A DNA stretch of 64,000 nucleotides from an uncultured delta proteobacterium (GCA_963842085.1 CAWJET010000001.1:3180342-3244341), one strand, 5' to 3'. Positions 40,233-51,315 are shown, counted from the first letter of the stretch. Program-made: numbers and translations. Notes: generated from the letters alone by a model not told the origin.

Positions 40233-40769
40233 TTACTTGCTTTTGACGCCAGCAGCGATATCTAATCGTCTACGGATCTCGGCAAGCATATTCTGATCAA
40301 TCCACGCGCCGTGGCGGTTGGGGCAGGCCATCCCAGCCAATCCTGCCTCACCAGGCGCGACCGCAGCTTTGGCTTGAAGCCGAGTGCCACATTCGGGGCA
40401 ATCGATTTCCGTCGGATGCTTGTGACGTAGATCTTCGACAAGTTCACCAACTTGGACAAAGGCTTTTTCGCCGAGGGACTCATGGTGAATCGCTGCCGCG
40501 TTCTTGAGGCGGGCGGCGATTTGCATCAGCGCTTCCTCGTCGCACCATGCACCGTGGTGAATAGGGCAAGCCATACCGCCAACGCCGATCGCCACCCTTG
40601 CATCAAGATTCTTGCTACACTGCGGACAATGAATCGGCTTGACGTACTTCTGCCGGAGCTTTTCAATTATCTCAGTATCGCGTTGACGCGCCCACTGATC
40701 CTCGCGGGCCCGCTCCGCTTGGTGGAGTTTGTCACCTAGCCGGTCCTTTTCGTCAGCCATGACTCCCAA
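40233..40769 (-). CDS. Protein with two zf-TFIIB-like zinc ribbons
   Basis: CPQC...CPIHHGAWCD and CPEC...CPNRHGAWID. Confidence 0.8.
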   Translation of the reverse strand: MGVMADEKDRLGDKLHQAERAREDQWARQRDTEIIEKLRQKYVKPIHCPQCSKNLDARVAIGVGGMACPIHHGAWCDEEALMQIAARLKNAAAIHHESLGEKAFVQVGELVEDLRHKHPTEIDCPECGTRLQAKAAVAPGEAGLAGMACPNRHGAWIDQNMLAEIRRRLDIAAGVKSK

Positions 40770-40844
40770 CTTATGGTCGTTTTCTGGACAGTTTCCCGTG
40801 TTGATCGTTAGGCTCGTCGAGCGTCATACAGAAGTGCGCTAATT

Positions 40845-41114
40845 TTACTTCGATGCCTCGACGTAAAGTGTGATCCGTCCTATACCTTTGGAAACTGATC
40901 GCGATGGTTAGCCGGACGGATTGTATCCAAGGAAGTACTCGACTGCGACGACAGTGTAAGAATCCCAATCTCTCGGACCCTTAAGGGGGATGAAAATGCG
41001 CTCTCCCGTCCGCGGAACGAACTTGATTTCCGTCAAGGGTGCTTTTGCGACCTTCTCTTTCCTGGCGAGATCATACAGCTCAAGGTAGCTCTCTTGTTCT
41101 TTGTTTGACGCCAT
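40845..41114 (-). pseudogene. Small protein with premature TAA; paralog of 51316..51558
   Basis: Reads ...EYFLGYNPSG*PSRSVSKGIGRITLYVEASK*; the paralog ends DRVTLYVEESK. Confidence 0.75.
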
Positions 41115-41241
41115 ACCACTGTTCTCCGAGTTTGCCCAAGTCCGGGGCTCTTAGCAACGGTATATTTCTAGCTGCCGCCCTGGGCCGGCGTATTTCGAAA
41201 AAAAGCGAAAAATTGCGGATTTCTATGAAATAACATTCAGG

Positions 41242-44200
41242 TCAAGGAAGAGATGATCTTTTGCCTACTATTTTGACTCGTTTACTCGTAGTCCTTGAGC
41301 GCGCACCATTAGTAGGTTCGCCGGTCTCGAGCAATTTGCGAACCGACGGTGCCGAGAGGAAAATCTTACGAAGCGGCTCGTCAGCCGGCATGGAATCAGC
41401 CAGTTTGAGAATCGTTGCTCGGCTAAGCTCGCGGTGATGTTCGGCCTCCTTGCTCTTTTCGCTGCCTCGACAAAGCTCGGCAGCTGTTGCGTGGACTCTC
41501 CAGGCAGCCAGCGGAACCTCGAAGCCTTGCATCGTTGACAAGGCATTCGTGATGCATTCGTGCGCGCGCTCGAGATCGCGCTGCGCCATCGCGACACGTG
41601 CGTTCGCCTCCCAAGCCACCGCCTGCCAAGTGCGCTCGGCAGTCACGAGAGTGACTTCGAGAAACCTCTCCGCCTCGGTTCGAGCCTGCTTCAAATCCCC
41701 CTTCGCCAGCCATAGTTCTGTAAGACTCGACTGGAGCTGCATGCGCCAGTACCAGTCTACTATGACCATCTGCTGGTTCATCGCGTTTCGAGCAGTCGAC
41801 AGATGCTCGAGCGCGAGATCATAATTTCCCAAACCTAATTCTGCTGAGCCTTGTATGATCAGACTGATGCGAGCGTCCTCTGGAAGCGGGCTTGAGGAAC
41901 CGGACTCCGCGCTCAGTACAGAATTTTCGGGATGAGAAAAAGACGATTCACAGATCTTCAACGCGCCCTCAAAGTCCATGGCGTGGAGATGTGCCCATGC
42001 CGGATAGAGCATCAAGGCGCTCGCGCGATACTGTTCACCATTCTTGTCCAGCATTGCGATTCCGGATCTATATTCGCGTAAGGCTTCTCCCCACTCTCCC
42101 AAAAAGAGAAGGCTTGAGGAGCCGAAGAGCTGATATACCCAGACGGCAAGGCTCAGATTTAGATAGTTCTCTTCGACGGTCTCGAACATCTTGTTGGATA
42201 CAGTCCCGGACAAGTTGCGGTGAGCATCGCGGTATTCGGAGGAAAGCCACTGTATCAAGCTGTATTGCGCCAAATGGTAGGAAAAGGTCACTGGGTCGCC
42301 GACCTCACGAATTTCATTCAGCGCAATTCGACACTCTTCCGCGTCCTGCGAATTCCATCCGCCTGCCCAAATTCGATAGAAGAAGCAGTTCATTCGGAAA
42401 CTTGCCCGCAGCAGCTGAACACTCTGGCTATTGCTAAGGAGTAGAGCCCGTTCCAGTACTTTGAGGCACCGATCGGAACTGATCCACATCAGGGGATATG
42501 CCAATCCGATCAGGGCGCGCGCCTCAACATCAATCAAGCCGAGGTGAGCGGCCCGCGATGCCATCGCTTCATAGTTGTCAATTGCCCGACGGTCATATTC
42601 GAGAGAGTAGATCATCCCCAGCTTCTCAAGAATTTCGATCTCGCTGACCGCACGCTTCTCCTCCGGAAGTTTGCTCGATAGTTCGAGTGCGCGCTGCAAA
42701 CTGGCCATAGCTTCCTGACTGGCAAAACGGTGTCTGGCGGTTTCAGCCGCGACGCGAAGATATTTGACTGCGCGCTGCCAGTCCGAAGCCTGCTCGAAGT
42801 GATGCGCCAATTCGGGCGCTGCCTCGCTCAAACGATCCGAGAAGAGTGTTTCCATCTCCTCTCCGATCCGCTGATGCAGCCTGGCCGCACGCCCCGATGC
42901 CAGCCTGCGATAGAGAACCTCTCGATAGAGTGCATGCACAAATTCGTAGCGCGCAGAGACGGTTCCGTCCGGCGATCGCTCCGAACCTGCCGAACGCACT
43001 ATGTGATGCCGGCGTGAGAGTTCTTCGCAGAAGTCTTCAAAGTCTTCTTGATCAACACCGGCTGCCGCCGCGCAGACCCTTGCTGAGAAGGCAACTCCAG
43101 CCACGCTTGCCACGTCCAGGGCGTGCCGCTGTTCGTCTGAAAGGTTGTCAATCTGCGCTTCGATCATGCGCCGCAACTTCTCTGGCGCGGCGAGAGCGAC
43201 TTGCTCCAGGGGGACCCGGAGCTTCCATGCCCCGCGCTCCTGGAAAACGAGGCCCTGCTCGGTCAGGTGGTCAAGCATCGCCACAACGAACAAGGGATTC
43301 CCCTCCGTGTGGTGATAGATCAACTTGGCCAAGCCCTCGGTAAGTTTGTCGCCCGACGACTCCGCCTCAAGATATTCAGCGACTTCTGCTTCGCTCAGTG
43401 GCTCCAAGTTGATCTGGCGACATAGCTGATGCAGCAGCAGGTCCTGCTTCAGCGCCTTCAACGGATGTTCCGGAATCACCATGTCCACCGGTCGCTTGGT
43501 CGCGACCAGCATCAGTTTGGCCGGCGCCCGTCGGCGCGCCAGCGCCGAGATGAGATCGACCGTCGAGGGATCCACCCACTGTAAATCCTCAAACAGCAAG
43601 AGCATGGGACTTGCCGAAGTGATGGCCTCCAGAGCATCGCCGATCTCGCGCAACATGCGCTCCCGTGTCGAGCCTAGAATCTCTCGCTGCAGCATCTCGC
43701 GCTGTTCGCGTTTCACCAACGCAGGAAACTGGACCAGCCAAGTTGGTGCCTGCGCGGCGAGTATTTGGACGACCGAGTCTCCACCGGCGCCGCGGCATAA
43801 CTGACCAAGAGTTTCAAGCATCGGGTAATAGGCTTCTTTGCCGCCGTAGCCCTCGACGCATTGGCCGCGCGCAATCCGAAGGCCCGGTGCCTCGACCGCC
43901 GCTTGGCGCTGGAACGCCTCGGCCAGCGCGGTTTTGCCGATGCCCGGCTCCCCCGTGATGAACACGATCTGCCGCTCGCCCCTTAACGCTTTCCCAAGGC
44001 AATCGCCCAGCTCGCTCAACTCTCGTTCTCTTCCGACCAGTTTGCCTCGCGCCGGCTGTGCTGGAACGGCCTGCAGAGCAGCCGTGCCCTCGCTCACTGC
44101 AGCGATAAACCGGTATCCCCGGCGATGCAGAGTTTCGATAAAGAGAGGGTTATTCGCCTGGTCGCCCAGCGCGCCTCTGAGGTCGAGGACGAGCTTTTTT

Positions 44201-44406
44201 ATGGCCTGCGGTTGAATGTGGGTGTTTGGCCACACCGCATCGAGGAGCTCATCATGCGTCACCAGACGTCCGGCTTGTTCCACCAGATGGTGCAGCACTG
44301 CGAACGCCTTGGGCGTCAACAGGATGCGCTCGTCGGCACCCTTCGTCCTGCGGCGCCACAGACACTGGTTGACGGTGTCGAGCCGGAATGGCGGAAACTC
44401 CTTCAT
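41242..44406 (-). CDS. Winged-HTH (Trans_reg_C) + AAA/STAND ATPase + helical-repeat regulator
   Basis: LTPKAFAVL...IETLHRRGYRF; LVGRERE; Walker A GEPGIGKT; EDLQW; TEGNPLF. Confidence 0.92.
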   Translation of the reverse strand: MKEFPPFRLDTVNQCLWRRRTKGADERILLTPKAFAVLHHLVEQAGRLVTHDELLDAVWPNTHIQPQAIKKLVLDLRGALGDQANNPLFIETLHRRGYRFIAAVSEGTAALQAVPAQPARGKLVGRERELSELGDCLGKALRGERQIVFITGEPGIGKTALAEAFQRQAAVEAPGLRIARGQCVEGYGGKEAYYPMLETLGQLCRGAGGDSVVQILAAQAPTWLVQFPALVKREQREMLQREILGSTRERMLREIGDALEAITSASPMLLLFEDLQWVDPSTVDLISALARRRAPAKLMLVATKRPVDMVIPEHPLKALKQDLLLHQLCRQINLEPLSEAEVAEYLEAESSGDKLTEGLAKLIYHHTEGNPLFVVAMLDHLTEQGLVFQERGAWKLRVPLEQVALAAPEKLRRMIEAQIDNLSDEQRHALDVASVAGVAFSARVCAAAAGVDQEDFEDFCEELSRRHHIVRSAGSERSPDGTVSARYEFVHALYREVLYRRLASGRAARLHQRIGEEMETLFSDRLSEAAPELAHHFEQASDWQRAVKYLRVAAETARHRFASQEAMASLQRALELSSKLPEEKRAVSEIEILEKLGMIYSLEYDRRAIDNYEAMASRAAHLGLIDVEARALIGLAYPLMWISSDRCLKVLERALLLSNSQSVQLLRASFRMNCFFYRIWAGGWNSQDAEECRIALNEIREVGDPVTFSYHLAQYSLIQWLSSEYRDAHRNLSGTVSNKMFETVEENYLNLSLAVWVYQLFGSSSLLFLGEWGEALREYRSGIAMLDKNGEQYRASALMLYPAWAHLHAMDFEGALKICESSFSHPENSVLSAESGSSSPLPEDARISLIIQGSAELGLGNYDLALEHLSTARNAMNQQMVIVDWYWRMQLQSSLTELWLAKGDLKQARTEAERFLEVTLVTAERTWQAVAWEANARVAMAQRDLERAHECITNALSTMQGFEVPLAAWRVHATAAELCRGSEKSKEAEHHRELSRATILKLADSMPADEPLRKIFLSAPSVRKLLETGEPTNGARSRTTSKRVKIVGKRSSLP

Positions 44407-44441
44407 AATCGCGCCTCGCGACTCCCAGTTTCCACGAACCG

Positions 44442-44517
44442 AACAGGAACTCTTTTTACACCAAAACGGGACTACAAGATAACGACTCTAAACCCGGATT
44501 ACCTTTATTTTCAGACG
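44442..44517 (+). promoter_or_regulatory. Conserved upstream element, copy 3 (divergent intergenic region)
   Basis: AACAGGAACTCTTTTTACACCAAAACGGGACTACAAGATAACGACTCTAAACCCGGATTACCTTT. Confidence 0.75.
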
Positions 44518-44562
44518 TGCGAAGAGAGCGATCAACGCCAACGAAACGTCGAGGGGATAGTC

Positions 44563-45378
44563 GTGAGAATAGGCATCGGTTCGGACAGCAGCGGTTTCCA
44601 GTTCAAGGAAAATCTGAAGGCCAGACTCAGAGCCCGAAGTCATGCGGTCGAAGATGTGTGCGCTTCTGATGTCACTCCAAGCGCGTGTCACGCTGCGACC
44701 GATCGACTCGCATCTGCCATCGGCCGTGGTCGTGTCGAACGGGGTATACTGATTTGCTCTGGCGCTATTGGCGCGTCGATTGCCGCTAAGAAACATCCCC
44801 GAGTTCGCGCAGCCTTTTGCCACGAAGTGCGCTCAGTTCAACGCGGCGTGCAGGACGACAACATGAATTTTCTGGTCCTGGAAACGCAGGCTGTCACGCA
44901 TGATTTTGCCTGCAAGTTGGCTGATATTTTCATAAACGCCTCCTGTTCTTCACGCGACAATACGTTCGGCATTCCTCCTCTCCGCTTGGCGCGCGTAGTT
45001 GAACGAATCAGAAGGAATCTGGATAAGCCGCTTGAGGTTGGCGAACTGTCGGGGCTAGCCGAGATGAGCCAGTCGCACTTTTCCAAGTTGTTCAAGCATA
45101 GCAGTGATCTGACCCCACATCAGTTCATCCTCCGTGAACGCATCAATCGTTCCAAGGAACTTTTGCGTCAAGGCAAGACAAAGATTGTGGACATCGCGCT
45201 CGAGGTTGGATTCCAGAGTCAGGCTCACTTCACAACGGTTTTCGGAAGTCTCGTCGGCATGACGCCGCGACAATTCCAGCGTTCTTGCTGTTACGGCATG
45301 CCGGTGGCGTATCCAAAAGCGCTGCCAGTTTTAAACCACCAGCAAGACGGTGTTCTTTCCTCGTTGGCTTCAACGTGA
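44563..45378 (+). CDS. RpiB/LacAB-domain + AraC-HTH fusion regulator
   Basis: RIGIGSDSSGFQFKE...RGILICSGAIGASIAAKKHPRVRAAFCH, then MSQSHFSKLFK...IALEVGFQSQAHFT.VF...GMTPRQF; GAGGGG RBS before GTG. Confidence 0.88.
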   Translation: MRIGIGSDSSGFQFKENLKARLRARSHAVEDVCASDVTPSACHAATDRLASAIGRGRVERGILICSGAIGASIAAKKHPRVRAAFCHEVRSVQRGVQDDNMNFLVLETQAVTHDFACKLADIFINASCSSRDNTFGIPPLRLARVVERIRRNLDKPLEVGELSGLAEMSQSHFSKLFKHSSDLTPHQFILRERINRSKELLRQGKTKIVDIALEVGFQSQAHFTTVFGSLVGMTPRQFQRSCCYGMPVAYPKALPVLNHQQDGVLSSLAST

Positions 45379-45389
45379 AGGAGGATTCG

Positions 45390-45845
45390 ATGGCTAGTCC
45401 AGGTACCAATTTCATAAGGGAATCTGAAGGGCAGCCCGATCATCGGGGTGTTTGTGCCTACCGTTCCGATCTTCGGCCCCAACTGATTCGATCAGCACAC
45501 TTCCGCGGAAAACGGCTAGGGGAAAATAAGACCGAACCGCTTCGTCGCCTGATGGCCGCTGTTCTTTGTGAAGCGGTCAACCGCTTTCAGAGAAACCTGT
45601 TTCACACCTCTCTCTACGGAAGGTGCGAATTTGTCGAGGCCGAGTTCTGGTTGTTCAGGGACCAGAGCAAAGCCCTCTTTTCCTTCAACAACGTGTGCGA
45701 TTTTCTCTCCCTTGATCCACAGCACATAAGACGGCGGCTCTGCGATTGGCGGCGGAGCCAGGTACGAGCCGCTAGTTCGACTGAAACCACTATGAAGGAC
45801 CCCGAAAGAGATCTGAGTGGTGAGCGTCCTTCCCCCTGTGGATAA
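45390..45845 (+). CDS. Hypothetical protein, paralog of 22606..23103
   Basis: EPLRRLMAAVLCEAV...EAEFWLF...FSFNNVCDFLSLDP..IRRRL; AGGAGG RBS. Confidence 0.75.
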   Translation: MASPGTNFIRESEGQPDHRGVCAYRSDLRPQLIRSAHFRGKRLGENKTEPLRRLMAAVLCEAVNRFQRNLFHTSLYGRCEFVEAEFWLFRDQSKALFSFNNVCDFLSLDPQHIRRRLCDWRRSQVRAASSTETTMKDPERDLSGERPSPCG

Positions 45846-45862
45846 AATGGAGGACTCGGCAA

Positions 45863-46279
45863 GTGAAAATTCATTCTAGGTTTGAAAAATGCAGCGAGGC
45901 CAAGTCCGTTTCACGCATGTTGGTCGCGAGCGTCATGATTGCGGTCGCGACTTCTGCTTGGGGCTGCTCGTCGCGCGTTGAATCACGTGTCGAATCCTCC
46001 GATGACTGGGATTCCAGCTCCTACGCGTCGTTCCCCTACTCACCCGGAAATATTTCAGATGCATCAGCTTCGGTCGCCCATGTCCATTTGGGAGACGATT
46101 CTGCTGCAGGCGCGCGGTCCGGGTATACAGATCCTCGCTGGGAACGTGCAGAGACCAATTGGGAGCGCGGCGGTGAAGTTCTTTCTCCCGCCACCAACAA
46201 TCGAGTGCTCGAAGTTCCGCAGATGCTAGATGGGGATAATACCGCCGCGACTATACCGATCCCGGGAGAAGGCGATTAA
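45863..46279 (+). CDS. Putative lipoprotein
   Basis: Hydrophobic stretch followed by AWGC. Confidence 0.5.
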   Translation: MKIHSRFEKCSEAKSVSRMLVASVMIAVATSAWGCSSRVESRVESSDDWDSSSYASFPYSPGNISDASASVAHVHLGDDSAAGARSGYTDPRWERAETNWERGGEVLSPATNNRVLEVPQMLDGDNTAATIPIPGEGD

Positions 46280-46345
46280 CACTTCAGCGCGAGGCAGCGA
46301 ATGGATTCCCGGAGCCTCGGCGGGTCGCGCGACAATCATCGAAGT

Positions 46346-46497
46346 TTCTTCTCTCGTGGGGCTTCACTGACCATTGTGTTCATATTTGACAATAACGTCA
46401 ATATTAGACATACTTGTCAGGGGGGCCCGGAGTGCGCGTTGCTAACTACCAGCCGGTCGGAGGATCGAATTCGATGAGAAGCCGATTGATCATCGTA
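46346..46497. repeat. Diverged direct copy of the TetR regulatory region, upstream of the RND pump
   Basis: TGAC-AATAAC-GTCA (46387-46400), AGAC-ATACTT-GTCA (46406-46419), GAGGATCGAATTCGATG.GAAGCCGATTGATCATCGTA. Confidence 0.85.
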
Positions 46498-46712
46498 AGC
46501 GTGTCTATCATCGTGGCAACCATAGCCGGTGTATGGGTCGGCAAAAGATCGTAATGACAACTCTGCGAGAACGGATTAACTTTCAGACGGCCAGTGGCAG
46601 CATCTGACTATGAACTCAGAATACTTTGCGGCGTCGGCCGCGCTCGCTGGATCAGCGATCGTCGGGTTGACGATCGGTCATGATGATCGGTTATAAGTAG
46701 GGGGATAGTAAC

Positions 46713-47957
46713 GTGGTTCAGAAACCCCAGCCATGTTTTTCGGCTTCAAGAGCGAAGCCGACCGCGCCCGCTGGCATCGCCGCCGGGATTTTGATGGTAG
46801 CAATGGCCCTTTTTGCGTCGGGCTGCAAAAAGCCGGCACTGACCGCCGCGCCACTCGTCCCCGAAGTCGCTGTCACCGAAGTCATCCAGAAGGACGTAAC
46901 TTTGTACTCGGATTTTGTCGGCACCACCGTTGGGTTCGTCAACGCGGAGATCTATCCAAAAGTCTCCGGCTATCTACTGAAGCAGGATTACCGAGACGGC
47001 TCGCACGTGCACTCCAATCAACTGCTGTTTGAAATAGACGATCGCCCGTATAAGGCCGCGCTCGACCAGGCGCTCGGCACGCTCGCCGAGGAACAAGCCA
47101 CCCTAAAACAAAATCAACAGGACCTTGACCGCGATACCATACTTTATCAAAAACAGGTGATTCCCAAGGAGACTTTCGACCACATCACCCAGGCGTTTAA
47201 GGGGAGTGCGGCGCAAGTGCAAGCGGCGCAGGCTGCGGTCGAGAACGCCAAGCTCAACCTCGGATGGACCAAGGTCTACTCGCCGATAGATGGCGTCGCG
47301 GCAATCGCACAGGCCCAGGTCGGCGACCTGCTCAGCACCACGACTCTGCTGACGACAGTCTCGCAGCTCGACCCCATCAAAGTCACATTCCCAATTCCCG
47401 AGAAGGAGTACATGCACTTCGCGGCACAGATTAACGCGGTGGAGAACGGAGTTACGTTGCCGCCGCTGCCATTCCAAATGATCCTGGACAATGGCGAGAC
47501 CTACCAACATCTAGGCCAGTTTTACGCTGCTAATCGGCAGGTTGACATCCAGACCGGTACGATTCAGATTCAGGCAACTTTTCCGAACCCCGACAATATT
47601 CTGCGCCCTGGTCAGTACGCGAAGATCCGCGTCGCCGCCAGCGTCGTGCATAACGCGCTGCTCGTTCCGCAGGACGCCGTGCTCGAGACCCAAGGGCAAT
47701 ACCAAGTCGCCGTCGTGGGCTCGGACAACAAGGTGACGATGCGCACCGTCGAGCTCGGCCAGCAGGCAGGCGGTCTTCAACTCATCAAGAAGGGGATCTC
47801 GCCCGGCGAGCGTGTCGTCACCGAGGGATTGCAGATGGTTCACGACGGGATGGAAGTGAAACCGCGCGTTGTACCGGCCCAGCCTGCGCCGGAGGCTACA
47901 CCTGGATCTGCCGGCGAAGCGCCCTCGCCCGGCGCGACCTCACGCAGCCAGAGCTAG
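46713..47957 (+). CDS. RND efflux periplasmic adaptor (MFP)
   Basis: ASGC lipobox, [30 protein letters not shown]. Confidence 0.93.
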   Translation: MVQKPQPCFSASRAKPTAPAGIAAGILMVAMALFASGCKKPALTAAPLVPEVAVTEVIQKDVTLYSDFVGTTVGFVNAEIYPKVSGYLLKQDYRDGSHVHSNQLLFEIDDRPYKAALDQALGTLAEEQATLKQNQQDLDRDTILYQKQVIPKETFDHITQAFKGSAAQVQAAQAAVENAKLNLGWTKVYSPIDGVAAIAQAQVGDLLSTTTLLTTVSQLDPIKVTFPIPEKEYMHFAAQINAVENGVTLPPLPFQMILDNGETYQHLGQFYAANRQVDIQTGTIQIQATFPNPDNILRPGQYAKIRVAASVVHNALLVPQDAVLETQGQYQVAVVGSDNKVTMRTVELGQQAGGLQLIKKGISPGERVVTEGLQMVHDGMEVKPRVVPAQPAPEATPGSAGEAPSPGATSRSQS

Positions 47958-47961
47958 AGCA

Positions 47962-50900
47962 GTGTCGAAGTTTTTCATCAATCACCCGATCGTTGCGGTC
48001 GTTATCGCGATCTTCTTCGTCATCGCCGGTGCAGTGATGGCACTTCGGCTTCCGATCGCGCAGTTCCCCGACATCGTGCCGCCTCAGATCCAGACCACCG
48101 CCGTCTATACCGGCGCCGATGCGCTCACCGTCGAGGCTTCGGTCGCCACTCCGATCGAGGAGCAGGTCAACGGCGCCAAGCGCATGATCTACATGCAGTC
48201 GATCAACGGCAACGACGGGTCGATGACGCTGCAGGTCAGTTTCGAGACTGGCAGTGATGTCGATATCGACCAGGTCCAAGTCCAGAACCGGCTCTCCCAA
48301 GCGACCGCGAGCCTGCCTGCACAGGTCAACAGCTATGGGCTGACGACGCAGCAGACGGTCGGCATCCCATTGCTGGTGTTTACGATAAGTTCGCCGAACA
48401 GGACCTGGGACGCAACATTTTTGGCCAACTACGTTGCAATCAATATCGAAGACGAGCTTGCCCGGATTCCCGGCATCGGCCAGGTCAAGCTGTATGGAGC
48501 GTCCAACTATGCGATGCGGATTTGGGTCGCACCAGATGTCCTCTCCAAGCTTCAGTTGACGGTTGCAGACCTTGAGAATGCGATCGCGGCCCAGAATGTG
48601 GTCAATCCCGTGGGCCAGATCGGAGGTGAACCAGCCCCGCCGGGCCAGCAACTCACCTACACCGTGCGTGCCAAGGGACGCCTGATGAACGCGGAGGAGT
48701 TCGGGGAAATTATTATTCGCGCCAACCCGGACGGATCGCTGGTACGGCTAAAGGATGTCGCTCGGATTGATCTCGGCGCGGAAACCTACACGGAGCAGGC
48801 ATCTTTCAACGGAGCGCCGGCTGCGATCGTCGGCCTTTTCCAGAACCCCGCCTCCAATGCGCTCGCCGCCGCCAACCTGGCGAAGGCCAAAATGGCCGAA
48901 CTCGAGCGTCATTTTCCGGCAGACATGAAAGCCAATCTGACGTTGGACACGACTATCCCCGTCACCGAGGGCGCCTTGGAGATCGTGAAGACCCTGCTCG
49001 AAGCAATCGCCCTCGTGATCCTGGTGGTCTTCATCTTTTTGCAAAGCTGGCGGGCGACGTTGATCCCGCTGCTTACTATTCCCGTCTCGCTGGTAGGAGC
49101 TTTCATGTTCTTCCCGGCGGTCGGGTTCACGGTCAACACGCTTGCGCTTTTGGGGCTGGTGCTGGCGGTAGGCTTGGTGGTGGACGACGCTATCGTCGTG
49201 GTCGAAGCGATCCAGGCAAAGATCGAGCAGGGACGCTCGCCGAGGGACGCTGCCTTGGAAGCTATGGACGAGGTCGGCGGGGCGCTGGTCGGAATCGCCC
49301 TGGTGCTCTCCGCCGTCTTTATCCCGGCCGGATTCATGGCGGGAATAACGGGCTCGCTTTACCGCCAGTTCGCACTGACGATCGCATTTTCCGTGCTGCT
49401 CTCGTGCTTCAACGCTCTCACGCTGAGCCCGGCGCTCGGCGCAATTCTGCTGCGTCCAAAAAGCACCGGCACCGGCCGCGGACCACTCGCGCGCTTCTTC
49501 GCACTGTTCAACGCGGGGTTTGCGCGCGCGCAAAACGGCTACATCCGAACCTGCGATCTGCTCATCCGTAAGGTTGTGGTGGCGATCCTTGCGCTGCTGG
49601 GTTTTGCGGTATTTGCCGGCGGCTTGGGAAAGAATCTGCCGCAATCATTCCTGCCCGACGAAGACCAGGGCTGGTTTCTAATTCAGGTCCAGCTTCCCGC
49701 GGCCGCGTCGCTGCAGCGGACTAACGCCGCGATGAAGCAAATCGATCAAATCATCAGGAGCGAACCTGCGATCCTCTACTATAGCTCGAGCTCCGGCTTA
49801 AACTTCCTCACGCAGTTGAGCAGCCCCCGGAGCGGAGCCTATTTCTGCCAACTCCAGCCCTATGGCGAGCGAGGGACCGCTGCTCAGCAATCGCCAGCGA
49901 TCGTAGCTGACCTCAACCGCAAGCTGGCGGCGCTTCCCCAGGTGCAAGCTTTTGCATACTTGCCGCCGCCGATTCCCGGCATCGGCGAGGCTAGCGGTAT
50001 CGATTTCTTCGTTCAGGATCGGGCTGGCAAAACCGTCGATTATCTATGGGATAATACTCGGAAGTTCCTTGCCGCGGCGAAAAAACGGCCGGAGATTGGG
50101 CCTGTGTTCCTCCTGTTCGACCCAGCGGTTCCGCAGATGTTCGCCGCGGTTGACAAGGACAAGGTGTTCAAGCTCGGCGTTCCTATCGAAGACGTGTACA
50201 GCGCATTGCAGACCCTGCTTGGTGGCTATTACGTCAACCAGTTCAACCGCTTCGGGCGCGTGTGGAAGGTGTTCGTCGAAGCGGAGCCGCAGTACCGAGT
50301 CAGCGCGACTGACATCGGCCAGTTTTACGTCCGCAACAATCAGGGTTCGATGGTTCCGTTGTCGACGCTGATCGACATGAAGCGGGCGTTCGGCCCCGAA
50401 TATACAACCCGCTTCAACGAGTACCGCGGCATCGAGATATTCGCAGTCCCTGCTCCCGGTTACAGCACCGGCCAGGCGATGAACGCGGTGGGCGAGGTCG
50501 CAAACCAGGTTCTCCCCCGTGATATGGGATATGCTTGGAACGGAATCTCTTACCAGCAGGCTGTCGCCGGCGGTGGGGCTCAAGTCTTCGCGCTGTCGCT
50601 GGTATTTGTATTTCTGATCCTGGCTGCTCTCTATGAGAGCTGGTCGCTGCCCTTCAGCGTGCTACTGAGCGTGCCGGTCGCCGTATGTGGCGCTTTCTTC
50701 GGCCTGTGGTCACGCCATCTCGACAACGACGTCTATGCCCAGGTCGGTCTCATAATGCTGATCGGTCTGTCGGCCAAGAATGCGATCTTAATAGTTGAGT
50801 TTGCCAAAGCCGAGCTCGAGAAGGGCGAGTCGATAGTCTCGGCGGCGCTCAAGGGCGCCCGCGTGCGTCTGCGGCCGATCCTGATGACTTCCTTCGCGTT

Positions 50901-51156
50901 CATCATCGGCCTGTCTCCTTTATGGATCGCTTTGGGTGCTGGCGGGCAAGCCCGCCGTCTGATCGGGACGGTGACCATAACCGGCATGTTCTTCTCCACC
51001 GCCTTCGCCATCTTCCTCATTCCGGCGCTGTTCGTCGTTGTCGAGCGGATGTCGCATGGCATTAAGGGTAAGCCGCTTGAGCCGTCGGCAACTCAGCGGC
51101 GGGCTTCCGCGCAGGTGCGTCTACTTCGCGAGCCGGATAAAGGGCCGCTGCGCTGA
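47962..51156 (+). CDS. RND efflux permease (AcrB/HAE1 family)
   Basis: [56 protein letters not shown]. Confidence 0.96.
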   Translation: MSKFFINHPIVAVVIAIFFVIAGAVMALRLPIAQFPDIVPPQIQTTAVYTGADALTVEASVATPIEEQVNGAKRMIYMQSINGNDGSMTLQVSFETGSDVDIDQVQVQNRLSQATASLPAQVNSYGLTTQQTVGIPLLVFTISSPNRTWDATFLANYVAINIEDELARIPGIGQVKLYGASNYAMRIWVAPDVLSKLQLTVADLENAIAAQNVVNPVGQIGGEPAPPGQQLTYTVRAKGRLMNAEEFGEIIIRANPDGSLVRLKDVARIDLGAETYTEQASFNGAPAAIVGLFQNPASNALAAANLAKAKMAELERHFPADMKANLTLDTTIPVTEGALEIVKTLLEAIALVILVVFIFLQSWRATLIPLLTIPVSLVGAFMFFPAVGFTVNTLALLGLVLAVGLVVDDAIVVVEAIQAKIEQGRSPRDAALEAMDEVGGALVGIALVLSAVFIPAGFMAGITGSLYRQFALTIAFSVLLSCFNALTLSPALGAILLRPKSTGTGRGPLARFFALFNAGFARAQNGYIRTCDLLIRKVVVAILALLGFAVFAGGLGKNLPQSFLPDEDQGWFLIQVQLPAAASLQRTNAAMKQIDQIIRSEPAILYYSSSSGLNFLTQLSSPRSGAYFCQLQPYGERGTAAQQSPAIVADLNRKLAALPQVQAFAYLPPPIPGIGEASGIDFFVQDRAGKTVDYLWDNTRKFLAAAKKRPEIGPVFLLFDPAVPQMFAAVDKDKVFKLGVPIEDVYSALQTLLGGYYVNQFNRFGRVWKVFVEAEPQYRVSATDIGQFYVRNNQGSMVPLSTLIDMKRAFGPEYTTRFNEYRGIEIFAVPAPGYSTGQAMNAVGEVANQVLPRDMGYAWNGISYQQAVAGGGAQVFALSLVFVFLILAALYESWSLPFSVLLSVPVAVCGAFFGLWSRHLDNDVYAQVGLIMLIGLSAKNAILIVEFAKAELEKGESIVSAALKGARVRLRPILMTSFAFIIGLSPLWIALGAGGQARRLIGTVTITGMFFSTAFAIFLIPALFVVVERMSHGIKGKPLEPSATQRRASAQVRLLREPDKGPLR

Positions 51157-51315
51157 GCGGGCGTTTAAAGATGGCAGGCTACCAGCCAAATTACGCCATT
51201 TCGCGGGCCATGTCCGGGAAAGCTCGCGTAGTGCCCGTTCACCGATTTCGCTATCGTCGATTGTTAAAATGGGGAACTTTGTACAGATGTTGCAATACAG
51301 TTTGGAGGACGCCAC

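Noticed and set aside
44125-44562. N-terminal extension of the 417-aa ORF, and similar TPKxDxKITTL peptides near 22050 and 27420
   Set aside because: The extension overlaps the divergent gene, and a good RBS precedes GTG 44563. The shared peptide is better explained by the DNA element, although a leader peptide is not strictly excluded.
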